64,000 nucleotides of DNA from an uncultured Gammaproteobacteria bacterium. Its GTDB lineage: Bacteria; Patescibacteriota; Patescibacteriia; JAHIZJ01. A model generated the notes under the pieces. It had not been told where the DNA came from, did no database searches, and saw only the letters and a list, made by a program, of their open reading frames with translations. The position numbers were made by a program, and so were the translations under genes. Below, piece by piece: positions 47,035 through 62,273 of the stretch. The stretch is from assembly GCA_964371245.1 (NCBI GenBank), contig CAYJKP010000001.1, positions 507,042 through 571,041 on the forward strand, read 5' to 3'. Position 1 is the first letter of the stretch, and each line of letters begins with the position of its first letter.

Positions 47035-47499
47035 CTATATAATCGCTAATCGGTAGATCCAATAGATAAGGAAAAACAACCTGAGTGGAAGAACGAGCGA
47101 ACGCTTGTACACATGGCTGGCGGTCGCCAGTGCGCAGTTGGTCGCCCACATGGCATACCACGGATACAAAAACGGAAAAAATATAATGCCTTCAGACAGA
47201 CGGTCGCTGACCGTATCGATTATCCAGCCGCGATAGCTGGAGCGATGATACTTCTCGGCAATTGCGCCGTCGATGATATCGAAGATCAGGTTTAACACGA
47301 GAAAGATTGTGGCCAGTAGGTATTTGTTTCCCAGATACGCGAGAGTGAATCCGATTGCCGCGCCGACGGAGACCGCGGACACAGCTGTTGGGTTTATATT
47401 CGGCCAGGGCAACGCGTGAAGCTTATGCACCGTTCGCGATCGAAGTCGAGCGACCCAATCGAACCGACGTGGTCTGGGGGTTCTTTCTTGCCAAGGCAT
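47035..47499 (-). CDS. CDP-alcohol phosphatidyltransferase family protein
   Basis: Signature D-x2-DG-x2-AR...G-x3-D-x3-D is present as DIIDGAIAEKYHRSSYRGWIIDTVSD. 154 aa, membrane protein. Confidence 0.7.
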   Translation of the reverse strand: MPWQERTPRPRRFDWVARLRSRTVHKLHALPWPNINPTAVSAVSVGAAIGFTLAYLGNKYLLATIFLVLNLIFDIIDGAIAEKYHRSSYRGWIIDTVSDRLSEGIIFFPFLYPWYAMWATNCALATASHVYKRSLVLPLRLFFLIYWIYRLAII

Positions 47500-47820
47500 G
47501 ATACTTTTGTTACAATTATCGGCCCTTCAATCTCCCAACCGGATTGACAACGAGAAAAGAGGTGATGAAAAATGTGGGAGACAATTGATAATTTCCTGGC
47601 ATCAGCATGGCGTTTCGTGTTTGGTACGTACCGGGATTTCCGTGATCATATCAACCGACTGGCCGTTGTTAACAAACAGTCTACCACCATCCAAATTACG
47701 AACGTCTTCTGGTCGGGCTGGTCGCTCTACCGATATCGTCTTGATCAGCGCACCACCCCACCCGCACAACCAGATCGATCTCACCGCTAGCAGCCGCTCG
47801 CGCATTACGCCGGGCGGATT

Positions 47821-52261
<4,441 letters not shown>

Positions 52262-52265
<4 letters not shown>

Positions 52266-52573
52266 GGCGCACGAAGAATTACTAAAACAACGACGGCTAC
52301 AAACAATAAGAGACCGATCGTAATAAACCCGATCATTTCAGCAATCTCAGCATGACGCCGCAGCTTTTCGGTGTTGGCTGTTGAGCGCGACGGTATGATG
52401 AATATCAAAACACCGAGCAATACACTATATAATAAGTCAAAAAGAAACGAGGCAGTCGTAAACTTTTCATCGGTGGCAAAATCGAAACCGACCGCTAATA
52501 TGGCAAACAAAATAAATCCCATGAGTGCATTGAAAAGACGTGTTTCGAAAATTGTTTTAAACTGTTCCTTCAT
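52262..52573 (-). CDS. Small hypothetical membrane protein between pheS and pheT
   Basis: About 103 aa with two or three TM helices. Start MKEQFK overlaps the stop of the upstream small gene (ATGA). Confidence 0.35.
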
Positions 52574-52887
52574 TTTATTTTCGTCATGTTTTGAATTAAT
52601 TTGAAAACCAGCAAGCCATAGAGTAAGACGGCTAACGCCAACTTGATGAAAAGATCGTGTTTTGGCTGGACAACCACCGGCTTGGCGCTTGTTTGCGCCC
52701 GCTCCCGACGTCGCGTCCGGACCATAAAAATGACGATGAAGCTGGTGTAGCTGATCACGCCGATGACAGACCAAAACTGGAGCGTATTATCAACCGCCAG
52801 ATCCCAGCCTAAACCGTAGAGTAATACCAACAGGAAATAGACGGGCAAATCGTAATTTCGGTCTCGGATTTTGGTGAGAAAATTCAC
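52570..52887 (-). CDS. Small hypothetical membrane protein between pheS and pheT
   Basis: 105 aa with two or three TM helices; co-oriented and coupled to the next small gene. Confidence 0.35.
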   Translation of the reverse strand: MNFLTKIRDRNYDLPVYFLLVLLYGLGWDLAVDNTLQFWSVIGVISYTSFIVIFMVRTRRRERAQTSAKPVVVQPKHDLFIKLALAVLLYGLLVFKLIQNMTKIK

Positions 52888-52891
52888 GGTA

Positions 52892-53929
52892 TTAAAATTG
52901 TGATAAAAATCTCAAATCTCCGGCATACGCTAAACGGATATCCGGGATCCCGTAGTAGAGCATCATCAGACGATCGATGCCGAGCCCGAAAGCAAAACCG
53001 CTGTATACTGTTGGGTCAATGCGCATGTTTTTTAAAACGATCGGATGAACCATCCCGGAGCCGAGCATTTCTAGCCAGCCGCGCTGTTTACATACCGAGC
53101 AGCCTTTTCCGCCGCATAAGATGCAGCTCATATCAACATCAAGTCCGGGTTCGACAAAGGGATAATACTCGGGCCGGACGCGAATACGCACCTGTTCGCC
53201 ATACACGCTCTGAAGGAACGCTTTCAGGGTACCAATTAAATCGGTAACGCGGATGCCCTTATCGATAACCAGGCCTTCACACTGATAGAAGGTGCATTCG
53301 TGCGATGCGTCCGTTGCTTCATGTCGGAACACGCGACCCGGCACAATGATACGGACCGGCGGGCGCCGCTCGAGCATGGTCCTAACTTGCACCGGCGAGG
53401 TATGCGTCCGAAGTAGCAATTGATCTTCTGCGCGGCCGCCGGTTGGCCTTTTCGGCGACGTCACATAATACGTATCCCAGAGATCGCGCGCCGGATGGTC
53501 GGCCGGTATGTTCAATAGGTCAAAATTATATTTCGCGGATTCAATCTCCGGACCATCAACTGTTTCAAAACCCATTGATTGAAATATCGACACAACCTTC
53601 CGTAAAAATTGACTGATCGGATGATAATGCCCGAGGCCGAGCGGCGTGCCCGGTATGGTTGCGTCAATTGATTGAAGGGCATTTTTTCGTGCCGCCACGG
53701 ACCGGCGCGAGGCAATGGCCCGCTCAATCGCTTGACGGACATCGTTTGCTTCCCGACCGACCTGGCGTCGCTGATCAACAGGCAGATTTTTCAGCTCACG
53801 CAGAAAAGCGGTGAATTTCGATTTTCGACCGAGGTAGCGAACCGAGAGTTCTTCGAGTTTCTGAGGCGATGACGACTGTTCAATTTCCGACAAGGCCTGA
53901 CGCTGGATGTGTTGAAGGAATTCGTTCAT
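52892..53929 (-). CDS. pheS: Phenylalanine--tRNA ligase alpha subunit
   Basis: Class II aaRS motifs (FRxE, GLGIDR). 345 aa. Confidence 0.9.
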   Translation of the reverse strand: MNEFLQHIQRQALSEIEQSSSPQKLEELSVRYLGRKSKFTAFLRELKNLPVDQRRQVGREANDVRQAIERAIASRRSVAARKNALQSIDATIPGTPLGLGHYHPISQFLRKVVSIFQSMGFETVDGPEIESAKYNFDLLNIPADHPARDLWDTYYVTSPKRPTGGRAEDQLLLRTHTSPVQVRTMLERRPPVRIIVPGRVFRHEATDASHECTFYQCEGLVIDKGIRVTDLIGTLKAFLQSVYGEQVRIRVRPEYYPFVEPGLDVDMSCILCGGKGCSVCKQRGWLEMLGSGMVHPIVLKNMRIDPTVYSGFAFGLGIDRLMMLYYGIPDIRLAYAGDLRFLSQF

Positions 53930-54310
53930 TTAGGAATAGCTTTTACGTGTCAGGAAAAACAGCTCAATCAGTGATAACGAGATGATAAATAAGGCAGCGT
54001 TCCACCAGGTAAATATCCGCATGCCCTGCAGGACAAACGCACCGATGACCAGCAAGGCAAACAAGAGCGCCTGTCGAAATGCGATCCCGACATGTTTGAA
54101 CACCATTTCGGTCTTTAAAAACCAGACCCGAAAAAAGAAACCAAGCAATGAAAACGTACCGATCAACGCGAAGAAGAGGCTGACGTAAAAAAGAAGCAGA
54201 CCGATGAACCCGGTTGAATATGGATCAATGTAAAAAACCACCGTAATCCAGCCAATCCAGCAAATCAGCGTTACGATCGTCATGAAAATGAGAAATCTTT
54301 TTAACGACAT
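53930..54310 (-). CDS. Small hypothetical integral membrane protein upstream of pheS
   Basis: 126 aa with about four TM helices; its stop abuts the pheS start. Confidence 0.35.
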   Translation of the reverse strand: MSLKRFLIFMTIVTLICWIGWITVVFYIDPYSTGFIGLLLFYVSLFFALIGTFSLLGFFFRVWFLKTEMVFKHVGIAFRQALLFALLVIGAFVLQGMRIFTWWNAALFIISLSLIELFFLTRKSYS

Positions 54311-54464
54311 CCTGCTTGTATTTCTACAATGATTTATTATTTATAAGCCAAAAAATGGGTCGTTTTCCCTACCCTTAGAGTACCATAAAAATGTGTTTTT
54401 TTCAATTAAAGTATCCCACTGGTTGGGGATATCTTTTTTACTATTATTAGCCAAATATTGGCTC

Positions 54465-57383
54465 CTAAACCTGGCGAAATTCGCAAATATCTCGAAAGTC
54501 GCAAAAACCGCAATGAAATCCAGGCGTGGCGCGGAAATCGCTCTGGCGTATCGCGTCAGCCGTGTTGCGGATTTTTTCCTTAACTTTTGTTAGCGACGCT
54601 TCGTCCGCGGAAAAAGTTACTCGTTGATTGTCTTCGAGAAAGTGGTAGCTTAATCGGCTTGGTTCGCGTTTTAAGCTTTCGCGCGCGGCGATGGCATAGA
54701 TTAAGAGCTGTTCCGGATCTTCAACCTTCTTTGCCGTCGGTTTTTTACCGGTTTTGTAATCGATAATTTCCACGGTTTTGTCGGACAACTCGTCCAGCCT
54801 ATCAATCACACCCTTAACTGAATACGTATCCACCTTAATAACGAAACCGCGCTCTAAATATAAAGGCGCGGGAAAGTTCCCATGATACGAGTCAAAATAT
54901 GCTCGAAGCGCTTTTTGGCCCTGCTTCTTCCGCTCAGCCATATGCTCAGGCGAATCATACCACTCTCCGATCCAATGCTCCTCATATAATTTTTTCAGCT
55001 GTTCCCAGGTCGGCGTCTGCCCGCGCTGCCGTAATTGGAAAAAATCCTTCAATGTATTATGGATTGTTTTCCCATAACTAAACGTATGTTTCGGTTCGGG
55101 CGGCACTCGGAGAATAAACATAAACCGATATTGGTACGGACAGGTCCAAAACGCCTTGAGTTGAGTAAAGCTCAATTGGGACGGCAAAACGTAGCGTTGC
55201 GCCGGTTGATGCTTTTCCGTTATCTCCTCGGGATAGTCAAGGCCAATTTTAAGTTTTTTCCCAACCGCTAGAACGTATTTCTCATACCGGATTTCCTTCA
55301 AAAAGCGTGAGGGTTTTTTCCTCTGTTTACCGCCGTATTCCTCCGCAGTCGTGAAAAAGAGTCCATCCTTTGCCCGCGTCATCGCTACATACAACAGACG
55401 ACGTTCTTCTTGGAGGTGAATATCTCCGCTCGGCAGGATTTCCCGGACGAGTGCGTCCGGCACCTCGATTTGCTCGCGGCGCTCAATCGATGGAAAGCGC
55501 TTGTCAACGAGATTAACGATAAACACGTAGCGGAATTCCAAGCCCTTGGCCGCGTGAACCGTCATGATCTTGATCGCCTCGGGTCCTTCGCGCATGACCG
55601 AGGGTGATGGGTCCTCGCCGATTTCAAGCATTAACGAGAGCTCGGCCATGAAATTCTTTACCGATTTGTCCTGGTTGCGGTTTTCGAATTCTGATATCTT
55701 TTTAAAAAACTTATTAATATTCAATATTTTCTCGGTATTGGCGAGCGATTCCGTGGCCGTGAGCTCTTTCAAATAGGTCGATTCTTTCAAAAAGCGGAAC
55801 AGAATCTGGCCGACGGATTTCCAGCGGGTCAACTCGGTGTGGTCGGAAATCAGTTTCACGATCGCATCGATCCTTTTGGCCACCGGAACGGTAACGCCAA
55901 ACTCACGGGCGCGCGGCAACACTTCAAAAAGCGATTGGCTGTATTGATGAGCGGCGTGAGTTATTTTGGCTATCTCGACCACCGGTATCTTAAATGCCGG
56001 CACAGACAACACCCGATAAACGGCCGAGCTCTCATGATAGTTATCGAGTAATTTCAAATACGCGATCAAGTCGAGAATCTCGGGCTTTTGAAATAATCCG
56101 CGCGTGGCGATAAATTGAAACGGCAGCCCTTGAGCGGTCAGCGTGGCGATAAACGGGTCAGCCATGTCATTTGCCCGAACCAGGATCGCGAAATCGTTCC
56201 AGCTGGCCTCTTCTTTTTTTCTCAATTCAAGAATTTTCTTTGAAACGGACGCGACTTCGCGCTCGATCGTTTCGCTATGGATATGTTCGATCATGGCTGG
56301 ACCGGTCCGCTGCGACCGTAATTTTTTCGAGAGCGGCGTTTTTCCGGGTCCTGAAAGTTGTGCTTCCAACCGATTCGGATTATTGAGCTGAATAAACTCA
56401 TAGGCGACGTCGAGAATATTCTGCTTGTTTCGGTAATTTTCCACCAGAACAACATTTCTCGCGTTCGGAAAATCTTCTTTGAATTTTAATATATTTGAAA
56501 TTGACGCACCTCGGAATTTGAAAATCGACTGGTCATCATCGCCGCAGACCGTTACGTTGTTTTGAGGGGCAGCCAGGAGTTTAACCAGCTCGTATTGGGC
56601 ATAGTTGGTGTCCTGAAACTCGTCGACGAGTAAATATTTAAACTGACGACGAAATTTTTCAAGAACGGTTTGGCGCGTTTGAAATAGCTTTAGCGTATAG
56701 AGTATCAAATCGCCGAAGTCCAACCAGCCCTTTTCGTGCAGCAAACTCTGATAGATAGCATAGGCGTTGGCCGCTTCCAGCGTCCGCTCAGCCTGTTCTT
56801 TTTCTTCCAGCGTGCCCGCTGCCTTCTCCTTGACCAGTTTTTTTGCGTAATCAAGATATTCCGATGGTTCAATGTGCTCATCCTTCAACCGCGAAAAATG
56901 TTTTACCAAGGCGTAAATGAACCGGTTCGGGTTGCCAAGCGGTTTATAATATTTGAGTTGAAAGCGTTCAAAATTCTGACGGACGAGAAACCACTGTTCC
57001 GGCGCAGTCAGTATTTTGAAACCGGGACTCAAGCCGATATCAAGCGCGTAATCTTTCAGCACCCGTTCGCCAAAAGCATGGAAAGTCGAGACCCAGAGAT
57101 CGACATAACCGTAGGGCAAGAGCAGGTCAACACGCTCCTCCATTTCATTAGCCGCCTTATCGGTGAATGTCAGCGCCAGGATTTCATCCGGCGACGCCTT
57201 TTTCTCGTAGATCAGCCAGGCCAGGCGGTTCGTTATGACCGTTGTTTTGCCCGTCCCCGCTCCGGCCACGATTAATAACGGCCCGTCGGAAAACGTGACC
57301 GCCTCATGCTGTCGAGCGTTTAAATTCTTGAATGACTCCGTATAGGCATCAGCGGTATATTCGGTTTTTTTCTTCCGTGGCAT
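54465..57383 (-). CDS. UvrD/PcrA-family helicase fused to a C-terminal PD-(D/E)xK (RecB/Cas4-like, 4-Cys) nuclease domain
   Basis: Walker A GAGTGKTT and UvrD helicase motifs. The C-terminus has CPYQYRF and a CGFCDFRDIC cysteine cluster typical of an AddA/Cas4-type nuclease. 972 aa. Confidence 0.8.
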   Translation of the reverse strand: MPRKKKTEYTADAYTESFKNLNARQHEAVTFSDGPLLIVAGAGTGKTTVITNRLAWLIYEKKASPDEILALTFTDKAANEMEERVDLLLPYGYVDLWVSTFHAFGERVLKDYALDIGLSPGFKILTAPEQWFLVRQNFERFQLKYYKPLGNPNRFIYALVKHFSRLKDEHIEPSEYLDYAKKLVKEKAAGTLEEKEQAERTLEAANAYAIYQSLLHEKGWLDFGDLILYTLKLFQTRQTVLEKFRRQFKYLLVDEFQDTNYAQYELVKLLAAPQNNVTVCGDDDQSIFKFRGASISNILKFKEDFPNARNVVLVENYRNKQNILDVAYEFIQLNNPNRLEAQLSGPGKTPLSKKLRSQRTGPAMIEHIHSETIEREVASVSKKILELRKKEEASWNDFAILVRANDMADPFIATLTAQGLPFQFIATRGLFQKPEILDLIAYLKLLDNYHESSAVYRVLSVPAFKIPVVEIAKITHAAHQYSQSLFEVLPRAREFGVTVPVAKRIDAIVKLISDHTELTRWKSVGQILFRFLKESTYLKELTATESLANTEKILNINKFFKKISEFENRNQDKSVKNFMAELSLMLEIGEDPSPSVMREGPEAIKIMTVHAAKGLEFRYVFIVNLVDKRFPSIERREQIEVPDALVREILPSGDIHLQEERRLLYVAMTRAKDGLFFTTAEEYGGKQRKKPSRFLKEIRYEKYVLAVGKKLKIGLDYPEEITEKHQPAQRYVLPSQLSFTQLKAFWTCPYQYRFMFILRVPPEPKHTFSYGKTIHNTLKDFFQLRQRGQTPTWEQLKKLYEEHWIGEWYDSPEHMAERKKQGQKALRAYFDSYHGNFPAPLYLERGFVIKVDTYSVKGVIDRLDELSDKTVEIIDYKTGKKPTAKKVEDPEQLLIYAIAARESLKREPSRLSYHFLEDNQRVTFSADEASLTKVKEKIRNTADAIRQSDFRATPGFHCGFCDFRDICEFRQV

Positions 57384-57394
57384 TGCTTTGCGAG

Positions 57395-58420
57395 CTATAA
57401 ATTACGTATCTTCTGAATCACAGCGTTATCGATATCAATGTATCCCCTTTTCCGGTTTCGGCGTTCGATCTCCCATGACTGTTCGCCCGGGATGTGAATG
57501 TCTTTCACGCCCCGAATCTTCCGTGCTGTCTTCACGTCTCGGATAAGCCGGTTCACGTCGGCTTGAAATTTCTGGCGCGTCGTAAAAGCCAGGGGGTTTA
57601 TGACAATAAAGAGAAAACCGCGATATAGTTTCGTACTTTTGCCTACGGCCGTGCGTACCAAAGGTCCGGTTAAAATCTCAAACGCCAACGCCAGGGCATA
57701 TCCTTTATATCCGCCGAAGGGCAGTACCGCCGCTACTTTGTTCGGATTTGTGGTCGGTCTGCCCAGACGATCGATCGCCCAACGCGGATCAATCTTCATG
57801 CCCAGCTCTTTTGCCAGTCGCACATGGTAGTACGCCCGCGCCGAGGTTGCCATATCGATCACGATCGGGTACGGTTTGTATGGTATGCCGATGCCGATCG
57901 GATTCGTCGAAAGGATGGGTTCTCGCGCTCCCGTGGGCGCCATGAGCGGCCCGCCGCCATAATTGAAACAGAGCGCGATCATTCCTTGCTGCGCCGCCTT
58001 TTCCGCCCAGGAACCGGGACGGAGAAACGCCTGAATTTTTCCGCCACCAACCATGGCGATGCCGCTCCTTTTTGCTTTTTGCACAACCAGTTTAATGGCG
58101 CGCTCGGCCACGAGTTGGCCGATATCATTGTGGCCGTCGATAAATGCATAGGCTGGTTTATCTACCGCTATCTTGAAATGGCGGCGTTTTTTTCTGTTTC
58201 GGAGCAGCTTCAAGTCACCCTGAGAGTCAGTGGACGCTTGGTAATCCCCTTTCATCCTCTGATAGGCGCGAATAAATCCGAACACGCCGTGCGACCGCTT
58301 GCCCTTTATTTCACCGACGATATATTCTTCGGCAATGATTACTGCTTCGCTTTTCGTAAACCCAACACGCAAAAGCTTGTTTTGGAGTAATTCACGAAGG
58401 TCTGCGATGCGTATCCTCAT
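57395..58420 (-). CDS. Ldh_2 family malate/L-sulfolactate-type dehydrogenase
   Basis: 341 aa with an SHG motif and general similarity to type-2 malate/L-lactate dehydrogenases (AllD/ComC-like). Confidence 0.6.
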   Translation of the reverse strand: MRIRIADLRELLQNKLLRVGFTKSEAVIIAEEYIVGEIKGKRSHGVFGFIRAYQRMKGDYQASTDSQGDLKLLRNRKKRRHFKIAVDKPAYAFIDGHNDIGQLVAERAIKLVVQKAKRSGIAMVGGGKIQAFLRPGSWAEKAAQQGMIALCFNYGGGPLMAPTGAREPILSTNPIGIGIPYKPYPIVIDMATSARAYYHVRLAKELGMKIDPRWAIDRLGRPTTNPNKVAAVLPFGGYKGYALALAFEILTGPLVRTAVGKSTKLYRGFLFIVINPLAFTTRQKFQADVNRLIRDVKTARKIRGVKDIHIPGEQSWEIERRNRKRGYIDIDNAVIQKIRNL

Positions 58421-58447
58421 GGCTATGTCGTTAAATATAATATACGT

Positions 58448-59149
58448 TCATTGTACCCTCTTTTTTTGTGGTTGCAAATGTATGATCTTCCTCGCGCTAA
58501 TCGGATTTGCCCGCCGCAATTTTGCCCAGGCGACGATCAGGGCGTGGAGTTCATTATAATAACACGCTTGCCTCGGCAAACCCCGCTCAAACCATTTTTG
58601 GCATTCATCATAGCTGTTGAACCGCAAACCCATTTCAGCGAGCAGGCGCTTGGTATACGCGTCCACGACAAATACCGGCTTGCCACCAGCGTATAAAAGG
58701 ATCGAGTCCACAGTTTCCGGGCCGACGCCCCATAATGATAAGAGCTCAGGCCTAGCGGCAGTCAGCGGTTTTCTGAAAAATGATTTCAAGTCACCCTGGT
58801 ATTCATTTAACAGCCAGCGGCAAAACACTTTCAGCTTCTTTGTCTTTTGATTAAAATAGCCGCTCGGTTTTATCGCCCGGGCCAGCCTTTTTGCATCTGC
58901 CTTGATTATTGCCGGTGGCGACAAAAGACGCATTTGTTTAAGTTGCGCCAGCGCGCGTTCCACGTTCTTCCAAGCGGCATTTTGGGTCAGGATCGCGCCG
59001 ACCGCGATTTCAAACATCTGCGATGACGTTAACCGCCCTCGTGTTTTGTAAACCGACTGCCACTCCCCTCGCCGCTTTTCCAAAATCGGCCACCAGCCTT
59101 GCGAGCCGAAGTGTTTGTAAAGACACCTGTCTAATTCAATAGGTTTCAT
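58448..59149 (-). CDS. HhH-GPD superfamily DNA glycosylase (endonuclease III-like)
   Basis: Helix-hairpin-helix LSLWGVGPETVDSILLYA and Gly/Pro-rich loop followed by Asp. No obvious FeS Cys cluster. Confidence 0.6.
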   Translation of the reverse strand: MKPIELDRCLYKHFGSQGWWPILEKRRGEWQSVYKTRGRLTSSQMFEIAVGAILTQNAAWKNVERALAQLKQMRLLSPPAIIKADAKRLARAIKPSGYFNQKTKKLKVFCRWLLNEYQGDLKSFFRKPLTAARPELLSLWGVGPETVDSILLYAGGKPVFVVDAYTKRLLAEMGLRFNSYDECQKWFERGLPRQACYYNELHALIVAWAKLRRANPISARKIIHLQPQKKRVQ

Positions 59150-59223
59150 GAAGATGTTATGCCACTTTTCTTTAGAATTAGATATGCAACTTTTCTTGAC
59201 CGCAAGAAAAGTGGCAATGAATC

Positions 59224-60234
59224 TTATTTATTATCCGTACGGTGGCGATTATTAGCTAATTGACCGCAGGCCGCTTTTATATCCTGCCCAAAGCTGAACC
59301 GCTGGGTGACCGGAACATGGTTCTGACGCAAGGTTTGAATAAATTCTTTTACCTTCTTTGAAGACGCTGGTTTGTATTTTCCGGTCGGATTGTATGGAAT
59401 GACGTTTACCATAAACAGCGGCTGATCCAATAATTCAGCCAGTTGCAGGGCGCATTCCTCGGTGTCATTCAAGCCGTCAATTAAAAGGTATTCGAACATC
59501 ACCCGCCGCTTTGTCGCCTTCACATATTCCGTGACCGCGGCCACAACTTGGCGCAACGGATAGGTGGAATTAATCGGCATTAATTGGCTGCGCAATCGGT
59601 CGTTGGCTGCATGCAGGGAAATGGCGAGATTCACTTCAAGATTTTCCCGCGTGAATTTTTCTATACCGGGGACGATGCCGCTCGTCGATATGGAGATGTG
59701 GCGGGCGCCGAGCCCGAACGCGTTGGGGTCGTTTAACAGCCGGATCGACGACAGCACCGCGTCATAGTTTAAGAACGGCTCGCCCATGCCCATATACACA
59801 ACGCTCTGAACGTGTTCATTGTCTTTCTTCAATAACCGCGCAAACACCAGCACCTGGCTGACGATCTCCCAGACAGTCAGATTGCGCTTGAAGCCCATCT
59901 GGCCAGTGGCGCAAAAACTGCAGTTGACCGAACAGCCCACTTGGCAGGAAACGCAAACGCTGTTTCGGCCGGGATATCGCATCAGGACGGTTTCAATCAC
60001 AGCGCCATCAGGCAGCGTCAGTGTCGCTTTGGTGGTCCGGTTATCTTTTGATTTATATAAATCGGTTTGATATGACAAGGGCACTGTCCCGGCACATTGC
60101 TGGCGTAGGGTCTTTGGTAACGCTGTGGCTTGCTCCCAGTCGCTAATACAGTCTTTAAAAACCGCCTGATACACTTGTTTCAGACGATACTCGGGCTGTC
60201 CGGGAAATTGAAATGGTAAAACGGGTTTCGACAT
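59224..60234 (-). CDS. rlmN: 23S rRNA (adenine2503-C2)-methyltransferase RlmN (radical SAM)
   Basis: CxxxCxFCATG radical SAM motif (CSVNCSFCATGQMG) and a conserved C-terminal Cys. 336 aa. Confidence 0.85.
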   Translation of the reverse strand: MSKPVLPFQFPGQPEYRLKQVYQAVFKDCISDWEQATALPKTLRQQCAGTVPLSYQTDLYKSKDNRTTKATLTLPDGAVIETVLMRYPGRNSVCVSCQVGCSVNCSFCATGQMGFKRNLTVWEIVSQVLVFARLLKKDNEHVQSVVYMGMGEPFLNYDAVLSSIRLLNDPNAFGLGARHISISTSGIVPGIEKFTRENLEVNLAISLHAANDRLRSQLMPINSTYPLRQVVAAVTEYVKATKRRVMFEYLLIDGLNDTEECALQLAELLDQPLFMVNVIPYNPTGKYKPASSKKVKEFIQTLRQNHVPVTQRFSFGQDIKAACGQLANNRHRTDNK

Positions 60235-60272
60235 CTTCTTGAGAATAGCACACCGCCGGACGAAAACAAAGC

Positions 60273-60301
60273 AAAAACCCCGGCGCGAGGCCGGGGTTTT
60301 C
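60273..60301. terminator. Bidirectional intrinsic terminator downstream of atpC
   Basis: AAAAA-CCCCGGC-GCGAG-GCCGGGG-TTTT. Confidence 0.55.
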
Positions 60302-60305
60302 TATG

Positions 60306-60770
60306 TTATTCGCTGGATTTTTTCTTTACCTCGTCTTCCTTGATGATTTGGTCCACCCGCTTGGTCCGGTGACGCTCAGCCACCCGTAAACGTGCCAATT
60401 CTTTCTCAATCTTCGTCATGACAGCTGTGAATTCCTTCTGATCAGTCCGGCGAGTTTTTAACAGCTCCTCCGCTTTTTGCCGCGCTTCCCGCGCCCGCTC
60501 AATATCAATCTCCTCGGCCCGCTCAGCCGTTTCCGCCAGCACGACGACTTTGGTCGGTTGAATCTCGGCAAAACCCGATGAGATGGCCATCGGTACGATC
60601 GTGTCGCCTTTTTTTACCCTGAGTTCTCCCGCCGCTATAGCCGTAATTAATGGAATGTGGTGCGGTAACACCGTAATCTCGCCCAGCGGCGTGGGCAACG
60701 ACACCTGGTCGATCTCAGCGCTGTAGACAACGCGTTCGGGGGTGACAATTTGAAAATTAATGGTGGCCAT
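60306..60770 (-). CDS. atpC: F0F1 ATP synthase epsilon subunit
   Basis: 154 aa; N-terminus INFQIVTPERVVYS is typical of epsilon. Last gene of the atp cluster. Confidence 0.85.
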   Translation of the reverse strand: MATINFQIVTPERVVYSAEIDQVSLPTPLGEITVLPHHIPLITAIAAGELRVKKGDTIVPMAISSGFAEIQPTKVVVLAETAERAEEIDIERAREARQKAEELLKTRRTDQKEFTAVMTKIEKELARLRVAERHRTKRVDQIIKEDEVKKKSSE

Positions 60771-60774
60771 GGTG

Positions 60775-62160
<1,386 letters not shown>

Positions 62161-62273
62161 TCAATGCAAAATTAATAATTCATAATGAAAAATTATGGTA
62201 GATTTTTTTATCTGGTGCAAGATAGCTGGATTATGCATATGTCCATCCTAAATTTTGAATTCTGAATTTTGAA

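Noticed and set aside
54412-54440. Terminator-like hairpin ATCCC-ACTGGTTG-GGGAT followed by a T-run on the plus strand, with no plus-strand gene
   Set aside because: It could mark the 3' end of a small plus-strand RNA. There is no upstream promoter, and the ORF overlapping it (54393-54593) is not credible, so it is noted only as a possible orphan structure.
62249-62273. Direct repeat AATTTTGAATT x2 at the atpG stop
   Set aside because: It is short and AT-rich, lies in the atpD-atpG spacer, and likely has no significance beyond an RBS/spacer sequence.
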